A stretch of 62,867 bases of DNA, the filler included, from Octopus bimaculoides (Eukaryota): NCBI RefSeq assembly GCF_001194135.2. It is 6 parts of 5 records of this genome, joined end to end, with 100 filler letters (N's around TTAATTAATTAA, not from the genome) between each part and the next. Parts side by side here need not be neighbours in the genome. Positions count along the whole stretch, not along the records: positions 53,617 to 61,141 come from NC_068996.1; positions 61,242 to 62,867 come from NC_068996.1; 4 more parts are not named here. One strand, given 5' to 3'. Shown piece after piece: positions 60,756 to 62,867 of the stretch. Both the position numbers and the translations under genes were made by a program. Within the stretch, counting starts at the first letter, position 1; each line of letters opens with the position of its first letter. The notes beneath the pieces are model-generated. The model did no database searches. It was not told the DNA's origin and worked only from the letters and a program-made list of their open reading frames with translations.

Positions 60756-61141
60756 ATACATATATATATATATATACCTGTCCTAATGTACACGTTTTTA
60801 ATATAATACATGTAAATTTATAACTTCATCATACTGTATATATTTACCCATTATATGTTATATCATAATGTATGTTTACACATCGTAATGTTTTAACTTT
60901 AATTTGTCATATTTTTATACAACTTAGAAATCATGCATATTTATAAATATTCTTTTAATAAATATTTTGAACATTCATGATATTTCTAAAGTTTTTATTG
61001 TTGTATTTGCTTGTCTTTTTACCGTACCTTTTAGACACTTTAGAGACTGAATACTATAAATTCATTTATTGATTCTTGAAGGAATTGAACACACATATTG
61101 TATCTTGCGTTGGACATATGGTATTGTTCCTGTGATTTTCC

Positions 61142-61241
61142 NNNNNNNNNNNNNNNNNNNNNNNNNNNNNNNNNNNNNNNNNNNNTTAATTAATTAANNN
61201 NNNNNNNNNNNNNNNNNNNNNNNNNNNNNNNNNNNNNNNNN
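61142..61241. other. Assembly linker (44 N + TTAATTAATTAA + 44 N)
   Basis: Artefact. Confidence 0.95.
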
Positions 61242-61309
<68 letters not shown>

Positions 61310-61424
61310 CTGTGCAATTGTCGTAACTAAGATATCAATCTCAAAGCTGAAGTCTCAAACATCTAGACTCGTATAAATGTGACAATATAACGTTCGATGA
61401 GTATTACATGTATCTGCGTATGTA

Positions 61425-61471
<47 letters not shown>

Positions 61472-61561
61472 CTGTGCATTTGTGCCTATATGTATGTATA
61501 TGTATGTATGTATATGTATGTATGAGTGTATATGTATATATGTGTGTATATAGACGTGTGA

Positions 61562-61599
<38 letters not shown>

Positions 61600-61684
61600 G
61601 TATATTTTCCTACAAACACCTGCGTGCATACATACATACATAGAAACATGCACACACACAACATATTTGTAAACACACACACAT

Positions 61685-61727
<43 letters not shown>

Positions 61728-62291
61728 CACTGCCCCATGTGTACTACGTATATGTGTGTGTGAGTGTTTGTGCGCGCGCGTATGTGTGTATACATACATG
61801 CATACATACGTACATAACTGTGATCTTAACCAACGCCATCGTAACTATTAATGAATCTGTTATTTAAATAATTATGACACTTCATTCTAGGTGAATTGTT
61901 TGATGTTTCCATGAAAATATATGATGTCGCTGGATTATCGGAATTTATATTTGAGACAGTTTGCATAAAACATTTCCTACCTTGCAGTGAGGCCTTTAAA
62001 GAGACGACGGGCTCTTTGTCTCGTGCAGCATGAAAACACATGAATTCAAAATGACTTGAAAGAGACCTCATAAAATTATTTAGTGATATAGGTTTTAGAA
62101 TTACATTTGATACTAATCTTAGTATAGTTATATTTTTTCTTTTAGTTATCACTTAAAACTTAGTTACTAATATATACTGTCATTATAGAAAACCCAACAG
62201 AAAAATATTTTAAGAATTCCAAATACACACATCCACTAGTCTATAAAGTTTAATTCCTAATATTAGTAAAAGTTTTCCTTCAATATCATCT

Positions 62292-62430
62292 AAGACGGAC
62301 AAAATGCTTAGCAGCATTTCGTCCTTCTATACTTTCTGAATTCAAATTCCACCGAGGTGGACTTTGCCTTTCGTCTTTTTGAGTCGATGTAAATTCCCCT
62401 AACATTACTGTCCTTGTGCCAAATTTGAAA
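62292..62430 (+). mobile_element. SINE family C (truncated)
   Basis: AAAATGCTTAGCAGCATTTCGTCC...GAGGTGGACTTTGCCTTTC. Confidence 0.75.
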
Positions 62431-62671
62431 GCATTATTATGACGAGGCACCCGAGTAGTTGCTTTTCAGGTAAAGTGCAATGTAGTTTTCATCCAATGTC
62501 CCAATAATCTCACACTAACGCACACAGATACAGGTGCACATGCACACTCACACACACATACACAGGCACACACACACACTCACACACACATATACACACG
62601 CACATACACATAGTCAAAAGAGACGGGTGAAAGAGAGACACGGAGTTATATAAAATATGTAATATATAATA

Positions 62672-62833
62672 GGCGCAGGAGTGGCTGTGTAGTAAGTAGC
62701 TTGTTTACCAACCACATGGTCCTGGGTTCAGTCCCACTGTGTGGCACCTTGGGCAAGTGACTTCTACTATAGCCTCGAGCTGACCAAAGCCTTCTGAGTG
62801 GATTTGGTAGACGGAAACTGAAAGGAGCCCGTA

Positions 62834-62867
<34 letters not shown>
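62672..62867 (+). mobile_element. SINE family A running off the window end in (TA)n
   Basis: GGCGCAGGAGTGGCTGTG head consensus. Confidence 0.9.

Noticed and set aside
359-62152. Most ORFs in the supplied track (poly-VC, HT, IY, LSIY, poly-I/L/X etc.)
   Set aside because: They are translations of microsatellites, satellite monomers or N gaps, often open in several frames and on both strands.
61826-62152. 108-aa minus ORF and a plus-strand acceptor near 61890
   Set aside because: No recognisable domain; AT-rich composition and no consistent exon boundaries.

Overview
This is a repeat-dense eukaryotic genomic window, not prokaryotic DNA. The SINE families, extreme microsatellite load and AT content point to an octopus/cephalopod draft assembly (inference). 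It has many N gaps, five of them artificial 100-bp linkers (44 N + TTAATTAATTAA + 44 N). Only one convincing host gene is visible: a coding exon at 50028-51332 (+) encoding a 434-aa secreted Trunk/PTTH-family (Noggin-related) cystine-knot precursor. Its prodomain is greatly expanded, with a block of about 48 Asp/Glu followed by a block of about 51 Arg/Lys, several convertase sites and a possible amidated peptide. The rest is mostly mobile DNA: Tc1, maT (DD37D) and mariner (DD34D) relics (one a foldback of two 5' ends), a TIR element encoding SAP+SWIM fragments with a paralogous empty site nearby, R4/Dong, RTE, CRE-like and L1/Tx1 LINE fragments, three tRNA-derived SINE families, and Helitron-like 3' ends. 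Penelope-like termini carry minimal hammerhead-ribozyme motifs, the best at 40685-40729. There is also a decayed initiator tRNA-Met and a 5.4-kb higher-order satellite with an internal inversion. Most ORFs in the supplied track are translations of microsatellites or N gaps. Family assignments rest on motif recognition from memory and need database confirmation. Repeat boundaries are approximate unless stated as exact.
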